A stretch of 64,000 nt of DNA from Malacoraja senta (taxonomy: Eukaryota), in the NCBI GenBank assembly GCA_038087875.1, contig CM075995.1, positions 8,806,001-8,870,000 of the forward strand. The letters are read 5' to 3'. The notes under the pieces are model-generated. The model was given only the letters and a program-made list of their open reading frames with translations, made no database searches and was not told the DNA's origin. This document shows, in pieces, positions 1-12,299 of the stretch; the stretch's first letter is position 1, and each line of letters opens with the position of its first letter. A program made the translations under genes and the position numbers.

Positions 1-867
1 GGCTTGTCCAGTCCTTCTATAATTTTATATGTTTCTATAAGATCCCCCCTCATCCTAAACTCCAGTGAATACAAGCCTAGTCTTTTCAATCTTTCCTCAT
101 ATGACAATCCCGCCATCCCAGGGATCAATCTCGTGAGCCTACGCTGCACTGCCTCAATCACATTAATGATTGCGGAGAGCAACTTGTACCATATAATCAT
201 ACCATAAATTGCCTTTGGAGATTTATATTAGGCGGCACGGTGACCCAGCACATAAAGCTCACAGCACCAGAGACCCTGGTTCGATTCTGACCTCGGGTGC
301 TGTCTGTGTGTGGAATTAGGACATTCTCCCTGTGACTGCGGTGGGTCTGCATTGCTCTAGTATTCTCCCACACAAGACATTGGAGCAAAATTGGATCCTT
401 CGGCCCATCACGTCTACTCCACATTCAATCACGGCTGATCTAATTTTCCCTCGCAACCCCATTCTCCTGCCGTCTCCCCATAACCCCCGACACCCGCACT
501 AATCAGGAATACTGTACATTCCAAAGAGGTGTGGGTTTGCAGGTGAATTGGCCTCTATACATCGTCCCTCGTGTGTACGGAGTGGATGAGAAAGTGACAA
601 AACATAGAACTAGCATCAGCTGAAAATATTTCAATTTGATTGTGTTGAAATTTTATATTTTTCATGCAGACAGCATTTCATGTTTAGAATGCAGAACGCT
701 CTTTAAAATATATATACACATAATTCTACCAGTGTGTCGCGACCAGTGAGTTACCGGCGCCCTTAGTTCCAGAGCCTTTCTGGAATATCCGGACAAACAG
801 AGGTCACGGCCTCCGCGAGGAGTCTAACGGCACGAAATCCAAGTCTCTCCATCTTCTGTGGTAGCTG

Positions 868-1167
868 GGGGCGGCACAGTGGCGCAGTGTTAGAGTTGCC
901 GCCTTACAGTGCTCACAGCACCAGAGACCCGGGTTTGATCCTGCCAACGGGCGCTGTCTGTACGGAGTTTGCACGTTCTCCCCGTGACCTGCGTGGGTTT
1001 TCTCCGAGAACTTTGGTTTCCTCCAACACATACAGGATTGTAGGTTAATTAGCTTGGTATAAATGTAAAAATCGTGCCGAGTAGGATAGTGTGAATGTGC
1101 TTGTCGGCGCAGACTCGATGGGCCGAAGGTCCTGTTTCTGCGCTGTATCTCGAAACTAAACTAAAAC
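868..1167 (+). mobile_element. tRNA-derived V-SINE (HE1-like); representative of roughly 20 copies in the window
   Basis: A/B-box head (tggcgcagtgttag...ggtttgatcc), V-domain core gctgtctgtacggagtttgcacgttctccccgtg, LINE-like tail ending (aaact)n. Other copies near 231, 5549, 7457, 13200, 13747, 26125, 34430, 38445, 39683 and 47330 (+), and 32060, 36865, 49190, 50815, 51140, 52015, 55735, 61740 and 62047 (-). Confidence 0.85.
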
Positions 1168-1249
1168 AAAAAATGAAGTTAATACCCCCTAATCCATGCA
1201 GCATTCTGCTAAACCTCCATTGCTCTTTTTCCCAAGCCTCCACATCATT

Positions 1250-2095
1250 AACTAATGATGCAATATGGGGAGAAAAGATGAGGCTCGAAGGTAAGCTAGC
1301 CAAGAATATAAAGGAGGATGGTAAAAGCTTCTTTAGGTATGTGAAGAGGAAACAATTAGTGAAGACCAAAAGTTGGACTGAAAAAGGTGAATTTATTATG
1401 GGGAACAAGAAAATGGCAGATGTTGAACAGGTACTTTGGATCCGTCTTCATTAAGGAGGACACAAACAATCTTCCTGATATACTAGTGGCCAGAGGATCT
1501 GGGGTGATGGAGGAACTGAAGGAAATCCACATTAGGCAGGAAATGGTGTTGGATAGACTGATGGGACGGAAGGCTGATAAATCCCCAGGGCCTGATGGTC
1601 TGCATCCCAGGGTACTTAAGGAAGTTGCTCTAGAAATCGTGGACACATTGGTGAAAATTTTCCAATGTTTTTATAGATTCAGGATCAGTTCCTGTGGATT
1701 GGAGGGTAGCTAATGTTATCCCACTTTTTGAGAAAGGCGGGAGAGAAAACGGAATTATAGACCAGTTAGCCTGACATCGGTGGTGGGGAAGATGCTGGAG
1801 TCAATTATAAAAGATGAAATAGCCGCACATTTGGATAGCAGTAACAGGATCGGTCCGAGTCAGCATGGATTTACGAAGGGGAATTCATGCGTGACTAATC
1901 TTCTGGAATTTTTTGAAGATGTAACTAGGGAAATGGACAAGGGAGAGCCAGTGGATGTAGTGTACCTGGACTTTCAGAAAGCAGTTTTGGTCCCCTAATT
2001 TGAGACATTCTTGCTATTGAGGGAGTGCAGCGCAGGTTTACAAGGTTAATTCCCGGGATGGCGGGACTGTCATATGGTGAGAGAATGGAACTCTC
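1250..2095 (+). mobile_element. CR1 LINE RT fragment (degraded, internally deleted)
   Basis: KSPGPDGLHPRVLKE, QHGFTKGNSCVTNL, VDVVYLDFQKA. Confidence 0.9.
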
Positions 2096-2577
2096 ATCAT
2101 AGATGCTCCCTCACCCGCTGAGTTTCGCCAGCATGTTTTGTCTACCTTCGATTTTTCCAGCATCTGCAGTTCCTTCTTAAACACTTCATTTCATAGAAAC
2201 ATAGAAAATAGGTGCAGGAGGAGGCCATTCAGCCCTTCGAGCCAGCACCGCCATTCACTGTGATCATGGCTGATCGTCCCCAATCAATAACCCGTGCCTG
2301 CCTTCTCCCCATATCCCTTGACTCCACTAGCCCCTAGAGCTCTATCTAACTCTCTCTTAAATCCATCCAGTGACTTGGGCTCCACTGCCCTCTGTGGCAG
2401 GGAATTCCACAAATTCACAACTCTCTGGGTGAAAAAGTTTTTTCTCACCTCAGTCTTAAATGACCTCCCCTTTATTCTAAGAGGTTGTTTTATTCCTCTT
2501 CAGACGAGTTTGTGAAACGGCATGATAAACGTACTGCAATAATTGTAATTCTCTGGTGTTTTAATCGTTTGATTCAG

Positions 2578-3098
2578 ACTTGGACCGTCCGAGCGACCAT
2601 GAGGAGGCGTTTGCCAGAGATCTTGCGGAGTTCCCTTCGATTGATAACAAAGGGAGGATGGACGATGACGACGACTCCAGCATCGGCATCCCCACTCCCC
2701 CGTTCCCCACCCTGGAGACGGGTTTGTGTCAGGAAGACCTGGGGTCGGTGGTGGCCGGCCTGGCCCTCAACCTGTCGAGCGAGCAGAGCCTGGCCCTGAT
2801 CGGCAGCATGGCGAGCGGAGCCATCGCCGCGGCCGTCACGTCCGCCATGACCGGCCCGCCGCGCGCCGCCCACGCCGGTCCGTCCTCCTCCTGCTCACCG
2901 CCGCCGCCGCCGCCCACCACCCCCAGCGAAGACACCACCGACACAGAGGACGGCGACGACTTTGAGCTGCTGGACGAGTCCGAGCTGGAGCAGATCGAGA
3001 GCGAGCTGGGGCTGGGGCTGGACCAGGCGGACAGGAACCAAGCCGGCAACGACAGCAAGCCCGGGTTTCTCTCGAACCTACTGGGGGGAGGACACTGA
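2578..3098 (+). CDS. RETREG1: RETREG1 (FAM134B) reticulophagy regulator 1, final coding exon (upstream exons lie outside the window)
   Basis: Acceptor ttcag ends at 2577. Frame reads LDRPSDHEEAFARDLAEFPS...EDTTDTEDGDDFELLDESELEQIESELGL...GFLSNLLGGGH*, matching the FAM134B C-terminus including the LIR motif DDFELL (2955-2972). Adjacent to ZNF622 as in other vertebrates. Confidence 0.95.
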
Positions 3099-3202
3099 GC
3101 CCCCCCCCTCCCCCACCCACCCGCTGCAGCTGGGCTGGAGAACAAATATGCAGACCATATCTCAAACAATCGCAAGCTCACGAGCTTATTCACTGCAGTT
3201 GT

Positions 3203-3452
3203 TCCCCCACTCTCTCCCCCACTCCCCCCTTCCCTCCCTCTCTCCCTCCCTCCATCTTTCCCTCCATCCCTCCTTCCCCCACTCTCTCCCCCACTTCCCT
3301 CCCTCCCTCCCCTCCCTCCATCTCTCCCTCTCTCCCTCCATCCCTCTTCCCCCCCTCCCCCTCCCCCCCCTCTCTCCCTCCCTCCCTCCACCCTCTCTCC
3401 CCCTCTCCCTCCATCTCTCCCTCCCTCCTTCCCTCCCACTCCCCCCCCCTCC
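3203..3452. repeat. Polypyrimidine (C/T) low-complexity tract in RETREG1 3' UTR
   Basis: About 250 bp of almost only C and T (ctccctccc-type units). Confidence 0.9.
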
Positions 3453-3620
3453 AAACACAAAGAGCCAAACCTCACAAATAAGATCTCGTGAATATGGAAC
3501 TAAACGCAGCAAAAAACAAGACAAGAGGAGAGAAGGTGAAAGGATACTGCACATTTAATAATCTACTTATTGAAGGAACTGATTGGAGTTGTGTTTTCGT
3601 TGGTATAATGGGCCACCTAC

Positions 3621-3622
<2 letters not shown>

Positions 3623-3660
<38 letters not shown>

Positions 3661-3670
3661 TGTGTGCGTG
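3623..3670. repeat. (TG)n microsatellite
   Basis: Direct reading of the GT dinucleotide run. Confidence 0.95.
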
Positions 3671-4185
3671 TTGTCTGACTATAATCTTTACGCCTTGAAT
3701 TAACAGCATGGAAATTAATCCGGTGGCGTCAGTCCGAGTTTCACGACTAGCTTTAAATGTTTTAACTGGACTCGTCCGGCCAATGTAACAGTCGGATGTT
3801 CGACAAGACACCGTTTTTCTCCTCTGGATTGTGCACAGAACCAGACAATCGACGGCCAGCTACCCCCCGCCCCCCCCCCCCCGACACTTGACGGTAACAA
3901 CTACCCACTTTTTTTTCTCTCTGCAAACATTTGCTGCGATTTAAAAATATATATTTTAATCATTGAAGTCTCGTCCCTGTTTCAAGTCTTTAACTGGTAT
4001 GTGTTCGTGGTCGCTTTGCCGTTTTCCTTTGCACTAGACGTGGAATGTTCACGGAGAGCTTTGTTCGTCCGAGGCATGTTTTCCAATCTGAGACTGGTCG
4101 TCCGTTTTCCATGCTTGTTCATTTCTCCAACCAATCTGTACTGCACTTTCTGCCTTAGTGAACTGAAGATTCAAAGATGGAAAAT

Positions 4186-4191
4186 ATTAAA
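4186..4191 (+). terminator. Candidate RETREG1 polyadenylation signal (ATTAAA)
   Basis: ATTAAA at the end of about 1.1 kb of non-TE 3' UTR-like sequence, followed by T-rich sequence and then a CR1 fragment. Confidence 0.45.
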
Positions 4192-4460
4192 AACATTTTA
4201 GTTTAAGTCGAGTATTTGCAAATTAATTTTTCTTTTTTTTGATTGATCGTACCTTAAAACGTTCCCCTTTTTGCACGCAGAGGGTGGTGGGTGTATGGAA
4301 CGAGCTGCCAGAGGAGGTAGTTGAGGCTGGGACTATCCCAACGTTTAAGAAGCAGACGGGTACATGGATAGGACAAGTTTGGAGGGATATGGTCCAAGCG
4401 CAGGCAGGTGTGACTAGTGTAGCTGGGACATGTTGGTCGGTGTGGGCAAGTTGGGCCCAA

Positions 4461-4745
4461 GGGCCTATTTCCACACTGTATCACTCTCTGATCGCTGGTT
4501 AGCAGGGACTCGGTGGGCTGAAGGGCCAGTTTCCACACTGTATCACTCTATGGCTCTCTTAGATCCCTGGTTAGCAGGGACTCGGTGGACTGAAGGGCCT
4601 GTTTCCACACTGTATCTCTCTGATCACTGGTTAGCAGGGACCCAGTGGGCTGAAGGGCCTGTTTCCACACTGTATCTCTCTGATCACTGGTTAGCAGGGA
4701 CTCGTTGGGCCGAAGGGCCTGTTTCACACACTGTATCACTCTATG
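4461..4745 (+). repeat. About 60-bp tandem repeat (4-5 copies) derived from the SINE/LINE 3' tail
   Basis: Unit gggcctgtttccacactgtatctctctgatcactggttagcagggactcggtgggctgaa repeated. Confidence 0.85.
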
Positions 4746-5344
4746 ATTCTATGTCACTTTGTTCCTTTAGAAAATGGGCTCTGCTCTGAAAATAGTTAAG
4801 CATTTTTATTTCTCTATTGCAAACTATTTGTTTTGTTTATAGATGGAGTGAGTACCACAGCTATTTGCTATGCTAATTTAATAACTTCTAGGAGCAGAAT
4901 TAGGCCATTCTGCCCATCAACTCATTCAATCATTCCTATCTTTCCCTCTCAACCCCTGACACCCTTACTAATCAAGAATCTCTGCCCTAAAAACATCCAA
5001 ACTTGGCCTCCACAGCCTTCTGTGGCAGAATTTCATAGGTTCATCACCCTCTGACGAAAGAAATTCCTCCTCATCTTCCTAAAGGAACGTCCTTTAATTC
5101 TGAGGCTGTGCCCTCTGGTCCTAGACTCCCCCACAAGTAGAAACATCCTCTCCACATCCACTCTATCCAAGCCTTTCACTATTCGGTAAAGTTCACATAA
5201 GATACAATGTCAAATGATGACATTAAAGCTGATTAATGTTATTAATTTGTAGACACAAAATGCTGGAGTAACTCAGCGGGACAGGCAGCATCTCTGGAGA
5301 GACGAAATGGGTATCTTTGTCCCGCCCCCTCCCCTGACATCAGT

Positions 5345-5372
5345 CTGAAGAAGGGTCTCGACCCGAAACGTC
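5345..5372 (+). ncRNA. Minimal hammerhead-ribozyme motif of the PLE terminal repeat
   Basis: CTGAAGA A GGGTC TC GACCC GAAAC GTC: CUGANGA box, stem II, GAAA box, palindromic ACGU helix III and GUC site. Confidence 0.7.
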
Positions 5373-5700
5373 GCCCATTCCTTCTCTCCAGAGACTCCAG
5401 CATTTTGTGCCTGCCTTCGATTTAAACCAGCATCTGCAGTTCATTCCTACACATAATGTTATCAATTGATATTTTGGATAAATTACCTGCCTGACCCTTG
5501 GGCTCCCTAATCCATGGTCTTGAATTTAGACTGGGACAAGTTCAGCACGATGGCACAGCGTTAAAGTTGCTCTCTCACAGCGCCAGAGACCCGGATTCCA
5601 TCCTGACTACGGGTGCTGTCTTTACGGAGTTTGTACGCTCTCCCCGTCACCCGCTTGGGTCTTCTCTGGGTACTCTGGTTTCCTCCCACACTCCAAAGAC

Positions 5701-6153
5701 AATAGGTGTAGGAGTAGGCCATTCGGCCCTTCGAGCCAGCACCGCCATTCACTGTGATCATGGCTGATCGTCCCCAATCAGTACCCCGTTCCTGCCTTCT
5801 CCCCATATCCCCTGACTCCGCTATCTTTAAGAGCCCTATCTAGCTCTCTCTTGAAAGCATCCAGAGAACCGGCCTCCACCGCCCACTGAGGCAGAGAATT
5901 CCACAGACTCACCACTCTCTGTGAGAAAAAGTGTTTCCACGTCTCTGTTCTAAATGGCTTACTCCTTATTCTTAAACTGTGGCCCCTGGTTCTGGACTCC
6001 CCCAACATCGGGAACATGTTTCCTGCCTCTAGCGTGTCCAAACCCTTAACAATCTTATATGTTTCAATAAGATCCCCTCTCATCATTCTAAACTCCAGAG
6101 TGAACAAGTCCAGCCGCTCCATTCTCTCAACATATGACAGTCCCGCCATCCCG
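5701..6153 (-). mobile_element. CR1 LINE 3' end nested in a SINE
   Basis: MAGLSYVERMERLDLFTLEFRMMRGDLIETYK...TRGHSL...FFSQRVVSLWNSLP. Confidence 0.9.
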
Positions 6154-7084
6154 AGACGTGCAGGTTTGTCGACTAATTGCCTTCGGTAAAATTGTAAATT
6201 GTCCCTAGTGTGTGTAGGATAGTGCTAGTGTACGGGGTGATCACTGGTCGGTGCAGACTCGGTGGGCCGAAGGGCCTGTTTCCGTGCTGTATCTCTAAAC
6301 TAAACTAAACCATGTTGAAACGCTGGGTGATTTTTGCGATAATTTTGATTCCTATTTAAGATCCTTTACAATTTAACACCCCCTTTAACCCTAAACCTCC
6401 CGTGCTTTTCTTCCACCTAGTTTCATCGTAGTAAAGGCGTAGAGAAAATGTCATTTTCGTATTTATTTTAACTCACAAATTAGAGGTGACAACAGGCATT
6501 TTGAATATCATGTCCTTCACTGAAGTAAAATGCTTAGTTCTGTCAGCTTGGGTGATTTTCAGCAACTTATTGAGTAGAAGTGCAATAGGCTTTTGCCAAA
6601 CCATATTAAAGATGTTTCATAAGTTTTAGGAGCAGAATTAGTCCATTCGGCCCATCAAGTCTACTCCGCCATTCTATATCTATCTTTCCCTCTCAAACCC
6701 ATTCTCCTGCCTTCTCCCCATAACCCGTACTAATCAAGAATCTATCTATCTCTGCCTTAAAAATATCCAATGACATGGCCTCCACAGCCGTCTGTGGCAA
6801 TGAATTCCACAGATTCACCACCCTCTGACTATAGACATTCCTCCTAATCTCCTTCCTAAAAGAACGTCCTTTAATTCTGAGGCTGTGACCTCTAGTCCTA
6901 GACTCTCCCATTGTCGGCCTCCACAGCCGTCTGTGGCAAAGAATTCCACAGCGCTGTTTGACCCTATGAACCTAAGAGGCTACTTTTAATCAAGAATTTG
7001 AGTAGATATTAATTTGTCAAATTTTGCTTCATCTCATTGTACTTTGAACTGAGCATGTAACAATTTAATTCACTAAATCATCTT

Positions 7085-8640
7085 CACCATGGACGTCTAA
7101 CCCCCTCTACACTTCCCTCCGCCACCAGGGAGGTCTCCAGGCCCTCCGTTACTTCCTCCAACAGAGACCCAAGATGGGTCTCGACCCGAAACGTCACCTA
7201 TCCCTTCTCTCCAGAGATACTGCCTGACCCGCTGAGTTGCTCCGGCATTTTGTGTCTATCTTCGGTGTAAACCAGCACCTTCCTGCCCTATCAATTTCCC
7301 TCTACTAACTAACACTCTCCTCTGCCTGGTGGAACTTGTCCTCACCCTCAACAACTTCTCTTTTGACTCCACTCACTTCCTTCGCCAGGTTAAGAGGTGC
7401 AGCCATGGGCGCCCGCGTGGGCCACAGCTATGCCTGCCTTTATGTCGGTTACGTGGGGCGGCACGGTGGCGTGGCGGTAGAGTCGCTGCATCACAGCGCT
7501 AGAGACCCGGGTTAGATTGTGACCACGGGCGCCGTCTGTACGGAGTTTGTACGTTCACCCCGTGACCTGCGTGGGTTTTCTCCGGGTGCTCCGGCTTTCT
7601 CCCACACTTCAAAGACGTGCAGGTTCGTAGGTCAATTGGCTTGGTGTATGTTTAAATTGTCTCTCGTGTGTAGGATAGTGTTAGTGTACGGGGATGATCG
7701 TTGTTCGATGTGGACTCGGTGGGCATGTTTCCACGCTGTATCTCCAAAGTCTGTGGAGTTCTCTGCCTCAGAGGGCGGTGGAGGCCGGATCTCTGGATGC
7801 TTTCAAGAGAGAGCTAGATAGGGCTCTTAAAGATAGCGGAGTCAGGGGATATGGGGAGAAGGCAGGAACGGGGTACTGATTGGCGATGATCAGCCATGAT
7901 CACATTGAATGGCGGTGCTGCTTCGAAGGGCCAAATAGCCTACTCCTGCACCTGTTGTCTATTGTCTAAAGTAAAGTCTACATCGAACAGTCCTTGGCCT
8001 AGGTTTCCATCCCCAACTTTCTCTGCTGCATCGACGACTGCATCGGAGCTACCTCCTGCAAACTGTCTCCTCCACTGTCAGAGTGAGGCCCAACGCAAAT
8101 TGGAGGAACAGCACCTCATATTTCGCTTGGGCATCTTACACCCCAGCGGTATATTGATTTCTCTAACTTCAAGTAACCCTTGCTTTCCCTCTCTCTCTCA
8201 GTCCCTCCCCCGTCCTAGTTCTCCGACTAGTTCCACCGTCCTCCTGATTAAATGTTACCGATCGTAAGCCTCGTTGTCACCTTCCCCTCAGCCAGCGATG
8301 TTCTATTCTCTATGTTCCTTGAACTTTGTCCCCTTTGATCTCTCGTTTTCACGCCTTACCCGTCCATATCTCGATGTATCTCTCTCTCCCGACTATCAGT
8401 CTGAAGAAGGGTCTCGACCAGAAACGTCGCCCATTCCTTCAATCCAGAGATCCTGCCTGGTAGACACAAAATGCTGGAGCAACTCAGCGGGTGAGGCAGC
8501 ATCTATGGAGAGAAGGAATGGGCGACGTTTCTGCCTGTCCCGCTGAGTTACTCCAGCGCTTTATGTCTATCTCCTGTGTAGAACTCATGGATTTCATTAA
8601 CTTCACCACTAAATTCACCTGGACTATCGCTGATGCCTCA
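7085..8640 (+). mobile_element. Degraded Penelope-like element reverse-transcriptase fragments with nested SINE, CR1 and PLE insertions
   Basis: Manual translation across frameshifts: MDV*.LYTSLRHQGGLQALRYFL (about 7089), LVELVLTLNNFSFDSTHFL and AAMGARVGHSYACLYVGYV (about 7325-7455), CIDDCIGATSC (about 8027), GIY-YIG tail LHCQSEAQRKLEEQHLIFRLG (8070-8130). Confidence 0.8.
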
Positions 8641-8694
8641 CTCAAAAACTCTCCTTGACACCATATCAAGAGAAAGAAGGCAGATAGCCCCATT

Positions 8695-9220
8695 ATAGAA
8701 ACATAGAAAATAGGTGCAGGAGTAGGCCATTCGGCCCTTCAAGCCTGCACCGCCATTCAATATGATCATGGCTGATCATCCAACTCAGTATCCTGTACCT
8801 GCCTTCTCTCCATACCCCCTGATCCCTTTAGCCACAAGGGCCACATCTAACTCCCTCTTAAATATAGCCAATGAACTGGCCTCAACTACCTTCTGTGGCA
8901 GAGAGTTCCAGAGATTCACCACTCTCTGTGTGATAAATGTTTTTCTCATCTCGGTCCCTAAAGGATTCCCCCCTTATCCTTAAACTGTGTGACCCCTTGT
9001 TCTGGACTTCCCCAACATCGGGAACAATCTTCCTGCATCTAGCCTGTCCAACCCCTTAAGAATGTTGTACATTTCTATAAGATCCCCCCTCAATCTTCTA
9101 AATTCTAGCGAGTACAAGCCGAGTCTATCCAGTCTTTCTTCATATGAAAGTCCTGACATCCCAGGAATCAGTCTGGTGAACCTTCTCTGTACTCCCTCTA
9201 TGGCAAGAATGTCTTTCCTT
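8695..9220 (-). mobile_element. CR1 LINE 3' end
   Basis: (catagaaa)n tail and ORF2 C-terminal sequence shared with 58995-60170. Confidence 0.88.
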
Positions 9221-9339
9221 CAACATTATGATAATTTAAATGACCATTGCAGCGAACGCATTCTCCCTGTGACCGCGTGGGTTTTCTCCGGGCGCTCCAC
9301 TGTCCCGCCACACTCCAAAGACGTGCAGGTTTGTTGGTT

Positions 9340-9790
9340 GACACAAAATGCTGGAGTAACTCAGCGGGACGGGCAGCATCTCTGGAGGGAAGGAATGGGT
9401 GACGTTTCGGGTCGAGACCTTTCTTCAGATTGATGTCAGGGGAGGGGGGGCGGGATAAAGATACCCATTCCGTCTCTCCAGAGATGCTGCCTGTCCCGCT
9501 GAGTTACTCCAGCATTTTGTGTCTACAAATTGCTAACATTAATCAGCTTAAGACTGGTAGGAGAACTGGGAAGGGGGAGGGGATGGAGAGAGAGGGAAAG
9601 CAAGGGCTATCTGAAGTTAGAGAAGTCAATGTTCATACCGCTGGGGTGTAAACTACCCAAGCGAAATATGAGATGCTGTTCCTCCAATTTGCGCTGGGCC
9701 TCACTCTGACAATGGAGGAGGCCCAGGACAGAAAGGTCAGCTTGGAATGGGAGGGGGAGTTGAAGTTCTGAGCCACCGGGAGATCAGGTA
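9340..9790 (-). mobile_element. Penelope-like element fragment (terminal repeat and GIY-YIG tail), minus strand
   Basis: Reverse complement of the GIY-YIG tail at 9600-9790 and of the hammerhead motif at 9401-9428. Confidence 0.75.
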
Positions 9791-11008
9791 GGTTAATTGG
9801 TTTTGGTAAAAATTGTCCCTGGTGTGTAGGTATGGTATAGTACTGTGGTATGGTACTTTAATTGTCAAATTTGCCGAGGTAGTGAAATTAATGTTTGTAT
9901 GTATGTTTGTATCACTTACATCGGCACTTAGATATATATTAGATAAGCATCTGGGATACAGTACAAGTGTGTAGCAGTGGTACACTGAGTGTACAGAGTC
10001 GCCAGATCTGGCACCATTTTCAAGCCCCGGTTGTAGTAAGTGCAGGGATCTTGACCTGACCGTGAAGGCCCGTTGTCATGGCGACGTTGCAGGGTCGGCC
10101 TGGCCAGGCGTAGCCGTGGTGACCTCCGCCCCTGTAGGCCGCGTGCGGTCCACCTGCTCGATAGCGCTAGTGTGCGGGGTGAACGCTGGTCGTCACGGAC
10201 TCGGAGGGCAAAAAAAGGACCTGTTTCCACACTGTATCTCTAAATTACACAAGCGGATATTTGAACAATTGTTTTTAAATATATAGCATGAACTCTCAAC
10301 TGCACGTACATGAATAGGAAAGGTTTAGAGGGATATGGACCAAACGTGGGCAAATGGGACTGGTTTAGTTGGGACATTTTGGTTGGCATGGGACGAGTTG
10401 GGCCGAAGGGCCTGTTTTTATGCTGTTTGACTCTATGAATCGGGTACTGACTCAATCCTCTTATAGGCGGGTACTTGCCTGCCTGTCATTGAACCCACAC
10501 CACCATCCGTAAACCCCTTCACATATCCTACAACATCGAACAGTACAACACAGGAACGTGCCCTGGTGGCCCACAATGTTTGTGTTAGACGTGATGTTTA
10601 GCTGAACTGATCGCATCTGATCCATAATGGCTCCATTCCCCGGCACTTCCATCTGCCTATCTAGAAGCCTCTTAAATACTGCTACCGCATCTGCCTCCAC
10701 CACCCACCCCTGGCAGCGCGTTCAAGGCCTCCTCCACCCTCTGTGTTAAAAAAAAAAACTTGTCCCCTCCTTCCTCGGTAAACCTTTCCCGTCTCACCTT
10801 GCAGCTGTGCCTCTAGTTATGGACTCTTCCACCCTGGGGAAAAAGGTTCTGGCTGTCTACCCTATCCACGCCTCTCATAGCAGTATATCAAGTCCCCCCT
10901 CAACCTCCCACGGTTTCAGAGAAGACAATCCGAGCCTATCCAACCTCTACCTGCAGCTGCAACTCTCTAATCCAGGCAGCGTTCTGGTAAACCTCCTCTG
11001 CACCCTCT

Positions 11009-11364
11009 TTTTTTTTTTTTTTTTTAGTTTCAAACTTAACTTTTATTTTTTTAAATTTTTTTTAAAACTTTTTAAGGAGAAAAAGCAAGAAAGAGAAAAA
11101 GTGAGACGTGCAAAGATAGAGCCCCTAGACTACCAAAGTGGTGTAACCAAAGAGTGAAGAAATGAAAGAAAGAAGGGAGGAATAGAAAAAATACGGAAAA
11201 TAAAGGAGAAAAAGAGAAAGGAGGAAAAAAGTGGTGATATACCTGCCTCACATCCCTCCTCACCCAAGCCGTATTTAGATTTAAATCCATTGTTGTGTTG
11301 TACCATACTATCCTTGTAATAAATCGATGAATAGTATCCATGTCTTCGAGAAGTGATCTGGTTT
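11009..11364 (-). mobile_element. Poly(A)-tailed retroposed insert, about 355 bp, inside a CR1 fragment
   Basis: Poly(T) at 11008-11025; 27-bp flanking duplication (10982-11008 / 11365-11391, one mismatch). Confidence 0.75.
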
Positions 11365-12299
11365 TTCTGGTAAACCTCCTCTACACCCTCTCCAAAGCCC
11401 CCGCATCTTTCCTGTAATGAGGGCAACTAGAATGGCAGGCAATACTCTAAACACAGCCTAACCAAAGTCCTACAAAGCTAGCTTCCTGACATAGAGTCTT
11501 CCAGCGTGAAAACAGGCCCTTCGGCCCAACTTGCCCACACCGGCCAACATGCCCCATCTACCCTAGTCCCAGCTTGCCTGCCTTTGGCCCACATCCCTCT
11601 AAACCTGTCCTGTCCATGTACCTGTCTAAATGTTTCTTTAAATAACTCTTATTAAAATGACTCGTAGTCCATGCCCCCTCGCAAAGAAGGCAAGCATACC
11701 ATATACATAAGTCTTCTTCACCAGCCTATCTACTTGCGTTGCCACCTTCAGTGAGCTATGAACCTGGACTCCAAGATCCGTCTGCACTTCAATGCTATTA
11801 AGGGACTTGCCATTAATTACATACTCTCATCTTGCATTCAAGCTCCCACAGTGAAACACTTGCTCGGGTTAAACTCAATCTGCCATTTCTCTGCCCATTT
11901 CCGCAGCTGTTCTATATCTCACTGCATTTTCTGACAGCCTTACTGTCTGCAACCCCTCCAATTTGGGAGTCGTCACCAAACTTACTCACCAACCCGTCCA
12001 TATTGATGTCCAGGGCATTTATGTGTCTATATAAGTAAGTAAGTAAGTTTATTGGCCAAGTATTCACATTCACATACAAGGAATTTGCCTTGGTGCTCCG
12101 CCCACAAGTAACAACATGACATACAGTGACAGTTACGAATGACTCAGAAAACACTAAACATTAATAATAATAAAACATTAATGATAAAACACCATTGATC
12201 AAGCCTGTGAACCAACAAAATATATATCACATACAGCAGTGGTCCCAACGGAACAGATCCCTGCGGAACTCCACTGGTCACAGACCCCCCCCCCAGCCA

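Noticed and set aside
620..865. Possible additional RETREG1 exon in the unique-looking stretch
   Set aside because: No frame resembles the expected penultimate exon (…[21 protein letters not shown]…)
868..945. tRNA-like sequences at SINE heads
   Set aside because: Always continue into the V-SINE core and tail and lack a complete cloverleaf; not tRNA genes
2729..3558. Overlapping Gly/Arg/Glu- or Pro/Ser-rich ORFs around the RETREG1 exon
   Set aside because: Antisense or alternative-frame shadows of a GC-rich exon and the CT tract
7085..8640. Autonomous or intact Penelope element
   Set aside because: RT is broken by stops, frameshifts, deletions and nested insertions; no intact transposon ORF exists in the window
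9872..9926. Imperfect hairpin containing GAGGTAG (let-7-like seed)
   Set aside because: Stem is short with a large loop, the sequence does not match let-7 beyond the seed, and it resembles the LINE tail motif ccgaggtacagtgaaa seen elsewhere
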